Shown here: positions 10,888 to 20,581 of the stretch, piece after piece | Layout of the letters: each line of letters starts with the position of its first letter | Numbering within the stretch: the first letter of the stretch is position 1 | Assembly: GCA_965222375.1 (NCBI GenBank) | Contig: CBDCTZ010000009.1 | Coordinates: 128,001-192,000 of the forward strand | DNA: 64,000 nt | Direction of reading: 5' to 3' | Source: Polyangiaceae bacterium | Lineage (GTDB): Bacteria; Myxococcota_A; Polyangia; Polyangiales; Polyangiaceae | Program-made: the position numbers and the translations under genes | The notes under the pieces: model-generated | Seen by the model: the letters and a program-made list of their open reading frames with translations, nothing else | The model's database searches: none | Told to the model about the DNA's origin: nothing

Positions 10888-12300
10888 CTACGGCGCGACA
10901 GCTTCTTGCGCAAGAGCGCCGCGAGATTGTGCATGAGCCCCCAACTCAGTTGGCGTTTCGTCGGCGGCAGAGCGCGGTGCGATCTGCTTGACTGGGTGGA
11001 GCAAGACGACGGCCTGTCGCAGCAATGCCTCGACTTCCGGCTCAGTTCCGCGCTGTCGAAGCTTGTCCAGCGCGGAGTTGACCTGCTTGCGTTTGAATCC
11101 GAGGCCAACCAACACTTCTCCCGTTTTCGAATAAGCTTCGCGCTCTCGTTGCTTGCGCCGGATGTGCTCCTCGCCGAACTCGCGCCTCGCCGCGTCTTGG
11201 TTGTGTGGCCCGCAAAGTAGACAGAGATTGTGGACACTGGGCGGGCCACCGCGAGCATGTGGGTCTACGTGTTCCAACGTCACATAGCGCTTCTCACTGC
11301 AGCGCCGTCCGTGCGCGTCGACAAAGGTGCATTGGGACTCGTCACGCTCCCACACCTCTCGAGCCACCGAGACCGGCACGTGTCGTGAGCCTTCCTTGAG
11401 CGGCCGGAGCTTGCGTGGTTTGTCGCTCACAGCGCCCTGTCGGCGCTTGGTCTCCTTCGCGATGAGCTCGTCCAACGCACGCTCGAAAAGCTCTCCCAGG
11501 TTCCCCGGCGCCACGGCGTGGCTGAGCAAGTTCTGGGCGTGTTCGAGTTTCGCCTTGAGGTCCGCGCTAGCCGTGAACTCCACGCGGTAGCTCTGCGCGG
11601 AAAGCGGCTGCACTCGGCCGCGCGCCGCTTGGCGACCTCGGCCGTTTCCGTGAGATTCACTCGTCCCGGGATAGATAGCGCCGCTCGCGATTCCGGTGAG
11701 GTCGAGGCAATCACTCGTCCCAGGAGGATAGGTAGCGTCGCTTGCGGTTCCGGCGCCGTCGAGGCAATCGCTTGTCCCAGGATAGGTGATGCCATCCGTT
11801 TCGGCGGGACCTTCGCTCTTCGCGGGATCAGCAGCGATTGCACCTGTCCCAAGACGAGTTGATTCCGCCTCGAGCGGCGTGATGCTGGCCAGGACATTGG
11901 TCTTGGGGAACCATCGCGCGATCACGACTTCGAGCTCACGCCGGGTCTTGCCGCGAGCCTCGGCCAGCAGTGGCTCCACATTGCCTTCGGTTAGATGACC
12001 CGAGAGCAGGAAGAGCCCGGTCAGGTGAATCGCCCCGCTCTTCAGCTCATCGAGGATCTGCGGCAGCGCCAGGTACAGGCGAGCTACGCGCATTCGCTTC
12101 AAGGCAGCTTGTTCCGAGTAGCCAAGCCGCTCGACGCAGAACGCAAACAGCGAGGCACAGGCCTCCTGGAGGTAGAGTTTTCGACGCTCAACCTCCGCCA
12201 GATACACGATGACCTCCGCGGTCGCTCGCCGCTCTTCCGAGCAGAGCACCGGCAGCCGCGCGAGTAGTTGTTCGTTGCTGAGAGAGAGGAGAGTGACCAT
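10888..12300 (-). CDS. HNH endonuclease protein of the myxobacterial dispersed type, with a RuvA-C-like tail
   Basis: 'RDESQCTF...RC...LEHVDPHARGG...NLCLLCGPHN' HNH; N-terminal 'SLFAFCVERLGYSE' helical domain; 'LVGLGFKRKQV' tail. Confidence 0.75.
   Translation of the reverse strand: MVTLLSLSNEQLLARLPVLCSEERRATAEVIVYLAEVERRKLYLQEACASLFAFCVERLGYSEQAALKRMRVARLYLALPQILDELKSGAIHLTGLFLLSGHLTEGNVEPLLAEARGKTRRELEVVIARWFPKTNVLASITPLEAESTRLGTGAIAADPAKSEGPAETDGITYPGTSDCLDGAGTASDATYPPGTSDCLDLTGIASGAIYPGTSESHGNGRGRQAARGRVQPLSAQSYRVEFTASADLKAKLEHAQNLLSHAVAPGNLGELFERALDELIAKETKRRQGAVSDKPRKLRPLKEGSRHVPVSVAREVWERDESQCTFVDAHGRRCSEKRYVTLEHVDPHARGGPPSVHNLCLLCGPHNQDAARREFGEEHIRRKQREREAYSKTGEVLVGLGFKRKQVNSALDKLRQRGTEPEVEALLRQAVVLLHPVKQIAPRSAADETPTELGAHAQSRGALAQEAVAP
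11659..11793. repeat. About 2.5 imperfect 54-57 bp tandem repeats inside the HNH gene
   Basis: Encodes YPGTSDCLD(G/L)xG(T/I)AS repeats; the DNA unit 'gtcgaggcaatc(a/g)ct(c/t)gtcccagga' recurs. Confidence 0.8.
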
Positions 12301-12723
12301 GCTTCCTTCGTAGCACGGGGATATTTGCCTTCACTGCTGGCCCCCAGTGGGCGTTTCGGCGATGCGGCCATCGGCGAAGTCGTTTCAAAGTCAAAACGCC
12401 CTTGGGCCTCAATCTCGCGTGCGCACGGCACGCTTGAGTTGCTCGTCTCGAATTTGAAAACGATGTCACCCAGAAACCCGTCAAGTACAAAGTGCGTCAC
12501 AGGGTCAGATAGTTCTTCGCCATTCTGTCCGCACTTCGCGCTCCCGCACCGATAGCGGCGCCGGTTTCCAGCTCGCTCAAGCCCTGGCGAATTGTGATCA
12601 ATCATGAGCCGCCCTGGGACCCTTGTAGTCACTGCGCGCAAACAACCAGCCTCCTAACAGCCCACCGTCACGCGCCGCACCCGGCCCGCTGTCACTCGTA
12701 CACCCCGCGTCACGCCTCCAACT

Positions 12724-12857
12724 CCGAAGCTGACTCCAGGTGCCTTCATCAATGCTTCTGTCAGCCCCTTGACCCGCTCCGTGCGTCGGAGGTTGCCGAG
12801 TTCCGCACCCTCGAATTGTCCGGATATCCGACCGTCAAACCACTCCGTTGCCTTCAT
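12724..12857 (-). pseudogene. N-terminal remnant of an IS4/IS50 (Tn5-like) transposase
   Basis: MKATEWF...QFEGAELGNLRRTERVKGLTEALMKAPGVSF matches the W..EF..A.LGD.RR..RL..L...P..S DNA-binding N-terminus; similarity then stops. Confidence 0.6.
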
Positions 12858-12891
12858 CCGAAAGGGTAGGTCACACCCTGTCTGCCCGCAG

Positions 12892-13917
12892 CTACGCGGA
12901 CAATTCGATCTTGCCGGCCTGATCGGTGATTTCGGCCACGACTGCGGCGGGTGGTCCAAGAGCGGCGAGCAGAGCGTCTGCGCCAGGCGCGTCAACGACG
13001 AGCAGTAGGCCGCCACTGGTCTGTGCGTCCGCGAGCACCGTGAGCAGCGCCGCGTCGGTTCGCTCTTTGCCAGACAGGCGCGCATCCACGTAGCTCCGGT
13101 TGCGCTTGGTTCCGCCAGGCACCAGGTCAGCAGCGGCGGCCTCGAGGGCACCTGGCAGCACCGGCACCCGGGACGCAAAGACTTGTGCGCCCAGGGCGTT
13201 TTCTTCGAGGACGTGTGAGAGGTGTCCGAGCAGTCCAAAGCCGGTCACGTCCGTGGCCGTTCGGATCCCGGCAGCTTGCCCGGCTTGGCACGCGGCCTTG
13301 TTACTCGTGAGCATGGACTGGGTGGCTTGCCTCAGGGCGCCCGGCGCTGCCTTGCCGGCCTTGGTGGCGTGAGCGATGAGGCCCGTGCCCAGGGCCTTGG
13401 TCAAAATGACTACTTGCCCCAGCTTGGCGCCTCGGTGGGTCCAGGCCTTGCCGGGTTTGACGCTGCCGATCACGGTCAGGCCCACTTTGGGCTCGGCATC
13501 CCGGACGCTATGGCCACCGACGATGGCGCAACCTGCCTCGGCGCACGCTTCGTGGGCACCCGCCAGCACTCGGGCCACCGTGTCGAGCCCAATGGCGTCG
13601 GGCATACCGACGAAGGACAGGGCGAGTTCTGGGCGGCCTCCCATGGCGTAGACGTCCGACAGCGCGTTGAGGGCGGCGATCTTTCCGAAGTCCGCCGGGT
13701 CGTCGACGATGGGTGTGATCACGTCCACGGTCAGCAGCAGCTCGCGCTCTGCGCCCTCCGGACGCACCACGGCCGCATCATCCATTTGGCCCGCTGCGCT
13801 GAGCCATGGATGTGAGGGGGCAGGCAGGTGTTTCAGGACCTGGACCAGGTCCTCAGCGGGGAGCTTGCGCGCTCAACCACCTCCAACGACGAGCTGGGTC
13901 AGTTTGACTTCGGCCAT
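12892..13917 (-). CDS. selD: Selenide, water dikinase with in-frame UGA selenocysteine at codon 15
   Basis: AAAGGAGG RBS, then MAEVKLTQLVVGGG-TGA-ARK in frame with DDAAV, LSDVYAMGG, GGHS, DVTGFGLLGH and QTSGGLL. Confidence 0.92.
13835..13853 (-). promoter_or_regulatory. Bacterial SECIS hairpin of selD
   Basis: Perfect 8-bp stem AGGACCTG/CAGGTCCT with a G-led loop 27 nt 3' of the UGA (13873-13875). Confidence 0.7.
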
Positions 13918-14058
13918 GTCTGGGTCACCTCCTTTCCGCCCGGAGCTTTCTCCGAGCAGACTGCCGGCGTCAAATCCGTCGCCGCAAGCCACGGTGCAGC
14001 GCGAGATTAGAGCACCAAAGCCGGGCCAGCTCCGCGACCCCCAAACCACCCCAACGTC

Positions 14059-14241
14059 CCAAACTGTGCCCGCCCGCACGATGGGGTGGGCATTGTGAGC
14101 GCCCATCGGTCACCCGGCCGCCCGGTTGCGCGCAATACCTCGACTCATCCCCGTTCGAGCGCTGCGTTCCAAACTGTGCCCGCCCACACGATGGGGTGGG
14201 CATTGTGAGCGCTCCTCGGTCAGCCGGCTGCCCAGTTGCGC
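14059..14241. repeat. Two ~73-bp direct repeats (14059-14131 and 14169-14241), each with a hairpin
   Basis: 'ccaaactgtgcccgccc(g/a)cacgatggggtgggcattgtgagcgc...' occurs twice with a 110-bp period. Confidence 0.85.
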
Positions 14242-14257
14242 TGGTCGAGGGCGAGCT

Positions 14258-15598
14258 TCAGCTTACGGGTTCGAGTTTGGCGCTGAAGTGGCGCAGAGCC
14301 TTCGGGGCTTCGACGATGCGCAAACCCCGGATCTCCTTGGCGCGGGCCGCGACGCGTTCGGCCGTCTCGATGACCCAATCCACGTGGGACGCGGTGTAGA
14401 CGCGGCGGGGGAGGGCGAGGCGGACGAGATCGCCCAGGGCGGCGTCTCCGAACATGAGGCCGCCGATTTCAACGGTACGCACGCCACCTTCGCGGAACAG
14501 TTCCACCGCGAGGGCTTGGGCGGGGAATTGCTCCAGAGGCAAGTGGGGCAGGGACTTGCGGGCGTCGATGAATACGGCATGCCCGCCAAGGGGCTCGACG
14601 ATGGGCAGACCCGCCTGTCCGATCCCCTTGCCCATGTAGGCGATGGTGGCCTGACGGTAGCGTAGGTACTGAGAGTCGAGGGCCTCTTCCAGGCCGATGG
14701 CCATGGCTTCGAGGTCGCGACCGGCCAGTCCGCCATAGGTGGGGAAGCCCTCGGTCAGAATCAGCAGCTCCTCGAAGCGCTGCGCCCAATCCCGCTTGTT
14801 GGTCGCGAGGATCCCACCAATGTTGACGATCCCGTCCTTCTTGGCGCTGATGGTGCAGCCGTCAGCAATCTGGAACATCTGCTGTGCCACTTGTTTTGGC
14901 GTATCTGCGCCGCCGAGCTCCCGTTGACTGATGAGCCAGGCGTTTTCCGCGAAGCGAGCGGCGTCGAGGAATAGCGGAATGCCTGCACGGTCGCAGCGCT
15001 GGCGCACGGCCCTCAAGTTCTCGAGACTCACGGGCAGGCCGCCGGCGGCGTTGTTGGTCAGGGTGACCATCACCAGGGGGACGCGCGCGGAGCCAGCCAA
15101 GACCCGATCGAGGGCGTCGAGATCCATGTTGCCGCCAAAGGTTCCGCCGGGGCTCGGAATATCCAGCGCGACGCCTCCTTGGTGTTCGAGGTTGGCTCGG
15201 GTCGTGTCGAAATGGGTGTTGTTTGGAACGACGTCCCCAGGTTGCAGGATGGACTCGAACAGAATGCGCTCCGCGGCGCGGCCTTGGTGGGTGGGGAAAA
15301 TGTAGCTGTACCCCGTGAGCTCCGAGACCGTGTTGCGGAAGTGCTCGAAGGAGCGGCTGCCGGCGTAGGACTCGTCGCCGGAGAGCATGCCGGCCCATTG
15401 TTGATCGCTCATTGCCCCCGTGCCCGAGTCGGTCAGCAGATCGACGGTGACCTTCGTGGCGGGGATCTTGAACAGATTGTAGTGGGCTTGCTCGAGCAGC
15501 TCCGAGCGCTCTGCTTTGGTGGTCAGTGGAATACGCTCCACCGCCTTGATGCGGAAAGGCTCGATGATGGTGCGAAAGGGGGGCTCTAGGGATGCCAT
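14258..15598 (-). CDS. tnaA: Tryptophanase (beta-eliminating PLP lyase)
   Basis: EPFRIK, DLLTDSGT, HQGRAAE and EGFPTYGGLAGRD; SAKKD and LRHF favour TnaA over tyrosine phenol-lyase. Confidence 0.8.
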   Translation of the reverse strand: MASLEPPFRTIIEPFRIKAVERIPLTTKAERSELLEQAHYNLFKIPATKVTVDLLTDSGTGAMSDQQWAGMLSGDESYAGSRSFEHFRNTVSELTGYSYIFPTHQGRAAERILFESILQPGDVVPNNTHFDTTRANLEHQGGVALDIPSPGGTFGGNMDLDALDRVLAGSARVPLVMVTLTNNAAGGLPVSLENLRAVRQRCDRAGIPLFLDAARFAENAWLISQRELGGADTPKQVAQQMFQIADGCTISAKKDGIVNIGGILATNKRDWAQRFEELLILTEGFPTYGGLAGRDLEAMAIGLEEALDSQYLRYRQATIAYMGKGIGQAGLPIVEPLGGHAVFIDARKSLPHLPLEQFPAQALAVELFREGGVRTVEIGGLMFGDAALGDLVRLALPRRVYTASHVDWVIETAERVAARAKEIRGLRIVEAPKALRHFSAKLEPVS

Positions 15599-17721
15599 TC
15601 GAATTTACCGGCTTCGTCAAAGAGCACGATCACGTCGTGCCCGGGCTTGGCCTCGATGCTCTTCTTGGTCGAGAAACCGTACTCGTCGGGATCAGGGCTA
15701 TCACCGACTTCGACGAGCAATTCGTGGGGGCCGGCTTCGACGGGGAGGCGCACCACCGCCAAGCTAGAAAGATCCTTCCAGATCCCATGGGGCGGGAAAG
15801 CTTCTGTGTGAACGACTCTGCCATCCATGCTCACGCGCAATCGGACGTCCGAGCGCTTGCGCTCGCACTTCTTCTGGGGCCGCATGTGCTTCGGAAGCTT
15901 CTCGATTTCCTCCGCCGTGGGTTCGACACACGCTTCGGCGAGTTGGCCGGCGTGCTTGAAGGAGATCACCAAGTTGGATTTGCCCCCGTCGGGCAGAGGA
16001 TGGCTGACTAGATTTCCCGCCCAGGTGATCACCAACACGAAGGCGGTAGCCGCGAGGCCAAAGGCGGTGCGGGCCCAAAGTGGTGCCATGGGACGCTGGG
16101 GCGCGGCTTTCTTCTCCCGTAGGCGTTTGGCGGCGGCCTTGAGCCCGCTCAGGTCTCGGGAGAACAGCTCCAGGTATTCGATGGTCTCCGTGTCGACCTT
16201 TTCCGTGCGTAAGATGGGCTCACGCTTGCCGGCAAAACGCTGCATGGTCCATTCGGCGCCCTCGCGGTAGCGACACGTGCCGGAGCCGCAAGCCGCAATC
16301 AGGGCGCCGGTTGCGCCCCGGCGTACGGCGCGCTCGACCACGAGCGGGTGTACCCAACCCGCGCAGGGCACCCGCACCACGATGAAGCCGTCGAGATCCG
16401 GGCTGGTTGCGTCATCCTGGACTTTCACATGGGCGCCAATGCCGTCGGCGCACAGGAAGGCGATGGGGACGCCCGGACGCTCTTTGACCGCAACGTCTAC
16501 TTCTTTGCGGATGTCGAAGGAGGAATACCACTGCATGCCCACGCCCGCGGAGTCGCAAGAGCCGGCGCAGATCCCGCAGCCGATGCAAAGGTCCGTGTCG
16601 ACGAAGGCGCGCGCGTCGAACTCCTGGTCGTCGGTGCGAGGCTGCATCGAAATGGCGTTGTAGGGGCAGTCCGTGTAGCACTTCTGGCAGGCGTTGCAGC
16701 GCGCTTCGACGACGTGGGCAGGTTGAGCCCGCTTGCGTGCGAGGACGAAGGGTACGGAAAACAGGACCACGCCGCCGAGCAAGAAGAGAGCCCAGAGCGC
16801 GCCGGCTCCGAGGCGCTCCGTCAAAACCAGTGGCAGCAAGTAGAATGCGTCGAAGCTCTGGCTTTCGCTGGTTTGGGCCATGGCTGCGGGCGGCGCCAGG
16901 TCCGCAGGCACGACGACGCTGAGAATGGACAGGCCGAGGGTGGTCCACAGGGTGAGCACGGTCTTGGTCCAGAATTGGGGTCGATTCAGGCGCTTGATGT
17001 GGATCCAGAGAATCACCGCCAGGGCCAAGGGCACCAGCATGTGTACGAAAAAAACTACGAAAAAGAGCACGGAGTTGACGCGCTCGTCCACCAAGAAGGA
17101 GCGCGACAGGGGATCGGCAAAGATTGGCAGTACGTCCAGCATGCGAGCCGTGCCACGGGCGACGAGCTCTCCCCGCTCGTCCCAAACCAGCCAATAGCCA
17201 AGCCAGCCAATCACCCAGAGCAGCAGCATCAAGATGGAGCCCGTGATCCAGGCCAGCCAGCGCGCGCCCCCGAAACGCCGGGCCGCGAACAGCCGCACGG
17301 CGTGGATCACCACAAACAGCATGCAGGCGTCGGAGCTGTAGCGGTGAAGGGTGCGCACGAAGCCCGATGTGTAAGGCGCTTCGGTCATCTGCTGCACCGA
17401 CTCGAAGGCGCCGTGGACGCTGGTCTTGTACCAAATCAGTAAGACGATCCCCGTGACCACGGCGATCAAGAAGGTGGTGGTGGCGATGGCCCCGGACTGC
17501 ACCAACGGGTTCTGCTGCGGCGGCACCACTCGACCCACCAGGGCGTCGAGGCGCTGCAACAGGGAATCCAGAGCGCGCAGTGCGGGCTCAGCATGGACCG
17601 GAGGCTCCGCGCTTTCGGGGATCACCGGCAGCTTGGTCCGCGGCGCGAGCGTCACATCCACCGCGGGCGGTTTTTCTGTTCCCTCCCCCCCAGTCGCTTC
17701 CGCGGGCTGGGCCGAGGTCAT
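15586..17721 (-). CDS. Fusion of cytochrome b N-terminal domain, 2x[4Fe-4S] ferredoxin and MvhD/FlpD-like domain
   Basis: 'RTLHRYSSD...IHAVR...W.TG...GYWLVWD'; CxxCxxCxxxCP and CIGCGICAGSC; 'FLC...RVPCAG...C..G.C.Y..G'. Confidence 0.8.
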   Translation of the reverse strand: MTSAQPAEATGGEGTEKPPAVDVTLAPRTKLPVIPESAEPPVHAEPALRALDSLLQRLDALVGRVVPPQQNPLVQSGAIATTTFLIAVVTGIVLLIWYKTSVHGAFESVQQMTEAPYTSGFVRTLHRYSSDACMLFVVIHAVRLFAARRFGGARWLAWITGSILMLLLWVIGWLGYWLVWDERGELVARGTARMLDVLPIFADPLSRSFLVDERVNSVLFFVVFFVHMLVPLALAVILWIHIKRLNRPQFWTKTVLTLWTTLGLSILSVVVPADLAPPAAMAQTSESQSFDAFYLLPLVLTERLGAGALWALFLLGGVVLFSVPFVLARKRAQPAHVVEARCNACQKCYTDCPYNAISMQPRTDDQEFDARAFVDTDLCIGCGICAGSCDSAGVGMQWYSSFDIRKEVDVAVKERPGVPIAFLCADGIGAHVKVQDDATSPDLDGFIVVRVPCAGWVHPLVVERAVRRGATGALIAACGSGTCRYREGAEWTMQRFAGKREPILRTEKVDTETIEYLELFSRDLSGLKAAAKRLREKKAAPQRPMAPLWARTAFGLAATAFVLVITWAGNLVSHPLPDGGKSNLVISFKHAGQLAEACVEPTAEEIEKLPKHMRPQKKCERKRSDVRLRVSMDGRVVHTEAFPPHGIWKDLSSLAVVRLPVEAGPHELLVEVGDSPDPDEYGFSTKKSIEAKPGHDVIVLFDEAGKFEWHP

Positions 17722-17724
17722 CCG

Positions 17725-18777
17725 CTAGGTTTCCTTCGCGAGCAGGCGCAAGGCATCCGTGAGCCACTGCTCTTGCTGGCCGCCGAGAGAGAGCCTGTAG
17801 GCGAGCTTGCCGCGTTTGTCGACCACGATGAACAGATTAGCGTGATCGATCTGTTTCGTGTCGTGATTCATTTTGCGGGCAATTTCGTAGGCATCCAGGA
17901 TCTTGTTTACCTTGGCGCTGTCGCCACCCAAAAAATGGTAGGTCGGCACCGGGGCTTGGTAGCGCTTGGAGGCTTGCTTGAGGATGGGCGTCTTGTCGTG
18001 GTCTGGGTTGAGGGTGATGGCCAACACACGGACCTGCTCGCGGGCTTCCGGCTTGAGCTTGCCCACAGCGCGCCGGAGCTGAGCCATGATCAGCGGGCAG
18101 GTGTGGGCGCAAGTCGCGTACACGCCGGTGACGACGACCACCTTCCCCTTCAGATCTTCGAGCGCAACCGGATTGCCTTCTTGGTTGGTCAAAGCAATCG
18201 GGTACGGCGTTTTGGCCATGCGTAGGGTAGCTGCCGGGAACGCGAGCTTGGCTTCCCCCTCCGCCCCAAGACTGACGAGGGAGACTAGCGACGTCGTGAC
18301 CATGAAGGCAGCGACGGCCAGATAGGGAATTGTCTTCTTTGGTGTGCTCCGAAATACGTCCAGTAGCTGGCGCTTCCAGATCACTCCAAGCACCAGCGCC
18401 ATTGCCGCGGGCTGTCCTAAGAACATCCCGACGTACCCCCATTCCAACTTGCCAGTTTCTTCGTTGAGACCGTAACACCAGGTCCGAAACTCCTCGGCGA
18501 ACGCCCCGAGACCTGTGTCGGCTGCAGGCAAGACGAGCATTGTCAGCTGGAACACCTCGACGCTGACCATGATGGCCAGCATCAGGACCGGGAAACGCCA
18601 CGACGAGAAGAACTCGTACATCTCCCGGAGGCCCCGAGGCAGGCCCGTGGGGTTGTCGTTCGCCCCCCGGCCGCAGCTGCGGTCGTTGCCGTCGTCCGAA
18701 TCGTCCTCAGGCGCGCCATCCGGGCGCGCCTGAAGCGCTAGCTGAGTTGGAGCGGTCGATTCGGTTGACGACGGCAC
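17725..18777 (-). CDS. SCO-family copper chaperone with an N-terminal membrane extension
   Basis: CAHTCP (CxxxCP) motif and a conserved IDH His; three N-terminal TM segments. Confidence 0.85.
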   Translation of the reverse strand: MPSSTESTAPTQLALQARPDGAPEDDSDDGNDRSCGRGANDNPTGLPRGLREMYEFFSSWRFPVLMLAIMVSVEVFQLTMLVLPAADTGLGAFAEEFRTWCYGLNEETGKLEWGYVGMFLGQPAAMALVLGVIWKRQLLDVFRSTPKKTIPYLAVAAFMVTTSLVSLVSLGAEGEAKLAFPAATLRMAKTPYPIALTNQEGNPVALEDLKGKVVVVTGVYATCAHTCPLIMAQLRRAVGKLKPEAREQVRVLAITLNPDHDKTPILKQASKRYQAPVPTYHFLGGDSAKVNKILDAYEIARKMNHDTKQIDHANLFIVVDKRGKLAYRLSLGGQQEQWLTDALRLLAKET

Positions 18778-18798
18778 GGTAGGGTCGATTCCCAGGCC

Positions 18799-18972
18799 TC
18801 AGCGTACGTGCCAGACGTCCGCAAGAGCCTTCCAGTTCGCGAAGTAGTAGACGGCGAACGATAGCAGAAGAATCAGAGTGAGCACGAAGGTGCCGGGTGC
18901 GGCGTGCAGGTCGTCACCTTTGTGCTCCGACTCGTTTTCGATGATGTCCGCGGCCTTTTTTTCGATTGCCAT
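18799..18972 (-). CDS. Small single-TM oxidase subunit (subunit IIa-like)
   Basis: 57 aa with 'PGTFVLTLILL...YYFANW'; GAGGAG RBS; lies directly after subunit I. Confidence 0.7.
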   Translation of the reverse strand: MAIEKKAADIIENESEHKGDDLHAAPGTFVLTLILLLSFAVYYFANWKALADVWHVR

Positions 18973-18982
18973 GGCTAGCTCC

Positions 18983-20578
18983 TCACCACGCGGGCATTTT
19001 GCCTTCGATCTTCTTGCCGAAGAACACTGCGATGACGGTTGGAATGACGAACATGAGCAGCCCCACGAAGGCGATGATGCCTCCGATGCCAACCATGCCC
19101 AAGAAGATGTGTACGCTCGGGTCGATGGAGACTGCGTGGCTGGCGCCGGTGAACTCCACGTCCCAATGCCGGCGTGACACGCCGTAGGAACCGGCGAAGG
19201 ACATGCCGACGGCGAGCAAGACGACACCCAGAGTGAATACGTAGGGCTGCGCGCGACAGATCGCCTTCATCGGGTAGTCCCGACGGAAGATCAGCGGCAC
19301 GACGTAGTACGCCAGCGCCATGAACGCGGTGGTGGTTCCGGCTACGACCGTTCCGTGGAAGTGGCCAGGGATGCGCAGCGTGTTGTGGGCAATGATGTTG
19401 ATCTGCTCCGTGCCCAGGGTCACACCGGTGATGCCCCCGAGGAAGCCGAATGCGACCAGGCTCAAGAAGAAGCCGGAGAACCCGGGATTGCGCCAAGGTG
19501 CTGCCGCCAGCCAGCCGAACAAGCCTTTGTTGTGCCCTTGCTTGCGCAGGGCAACTTCGACCGCTGCCGGCACGGTGTAGCCGTGAATCATGGATGCGAG
19601 CACCGCGAGGTACATGGCGTAGGACGTATTCCAGATCTTCCAACCGGCGCTCACTCCTGGATCCACCAGCAAGTGATGAGCGGAGGCCAGGTTGATGAAC
19701 AGGATGTAGAGCAGGAATGCGACGCGGGAGACGCCCTGATTGAGCACCTTGGCGCCGACGGTTATCGCGCCGAGCAAGTACCAAACGCTGACCATGGCGG
19801 CGACGTTCACCTGCTGGGATGGGTGACCGAGGCCCCACCACACCAGGCGATACCAGGCAGCGTCCATGCTGGGCAGCACGTCAATCGACCACAAGAAGGT
19901 CGGGATCATGATGGCGGCGCCGTGAAGCAGCGTGCCGACGGCGATGATTGCAGCCGTGATTGCGCCGAACACGACCAGGGGCACGGAGCCCTTATAGGTG
20001 TTGTCCCGTTTGGCTATGTAGACGGTCGCAAAGAAGTTGATCACGCCTATCAGCGTGCCTACCGCGAATAATATGATCGCCAGGTAGAACAATGGGTGGG
20101 CTTTGAGGGGCGCGTAGGACGTGAACATCACGTCGCTGGTGCCCATCAAGATCATGGTGTCGAGTAGGATCGCGCCGACCGCCATCAGCAGGAAGCTGGC
20201 CCAGGCTGCGCCAGCGGAGGCGAGGCGACTCTTGAGCAAGATGGTGCCTGCAAAGTAGAGAATCGCGATCTCCATGAACAAGATCCACAGGATCAACATG
20301 TTGAGCCCGTGGAACGTGGTCAGGCGGTAGTACCAGTCCGCTGGCAAGAGGTGCACGGCGCTCCACCGCGTCATGGCGATGAGCAGCGCGGCGATGCCGC
20401 CGAGCAGCAGGAATACCACGGCGAAGACGGCGTTGAGCTTGATGAACTTTTCCGCCGTCAGGTCGACGGTGAGGCCAGTGGTGTCGCAGACCCGCGACAT
20501 GCCCTTGGCGTGATTGCCTTTCGGCTCGGCTTCCGCCTCGGGAATTGCTCCCTCGACGGTCGGATCCATAGTGGTCAT
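18983..20578 (-). CDS. Heme-copper oxidoreductase subunit I, B-family-derived, probable nitric oxide reductase (eNOR-like)
   Basis: All six His ligands are present (TFHG, GHP, AHH, GHFH), but helix VI reads GHPSQQ with Gln in place of the cross-linked Tyr. Confidence 0.8.
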   Translation of the reverse strand: MTTMDPTVEGAIPEAEAEPKGNHAKGMSRVCDTTGLTVDLTAEKFIKLNAVFAVVFLLLGGIAALLIAMTRWSAVHLLPADWYYRLTTFHGLNMLILWILFMEIAILYFAGTILLKSRLASAGAAWASFLLMAVGAILLDTMILMGTSDVMFTSYAPLKAHPLFYLAIILFAVGTLIGVINFFATVYIAKRDNTYKGSVPLVVFGAITAAIIAVGTLLHGAAIMIPTFLWSIDVLPSMDAAWYRLVWWGLGHPSQQVNVAAMVSVWYLLGAITVGAKVLNQGVSRVAFLLYILFINLASAHHLLVDPGVSAGWKIWNTSYAMYLAVLASMIHGYTVPAAVEVALRKQGHNKGLFGWLAAAPWRNPGFSGFFLSLVAFGFLGGITGVTLGTEQINIIAHNTLRIPGHFHGTVVAGTTTAFMALAYYVVPLIFRRDYPMKAICRAQPYVFTLGVVLLAVGMSFAGSYGVSRRHWDVEFTGASHAVSIDPSVHIFLGMVGIGGIIAFVGLLMFVIPTVIAVFFGKKIEGKMPAW

Positions 20579-20581
20579 GGC

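Noticed and set aside
10302..10991. ORFs on the + strand after the HD gene
   Set aside because: No recognisable motifs and composition typical of spurious GC-rich ORFs.
14059..14241. Possible CRISPR array
   Set aside because: Only two long imperfect units, no series of unique spacers, and no cas genes in the window.
18983..20578. Ordinary ba3/cbb3 cytochrome c oxidase
   Set aside because: The active-site Tyr is absent from helix VI (GHPSQQ).
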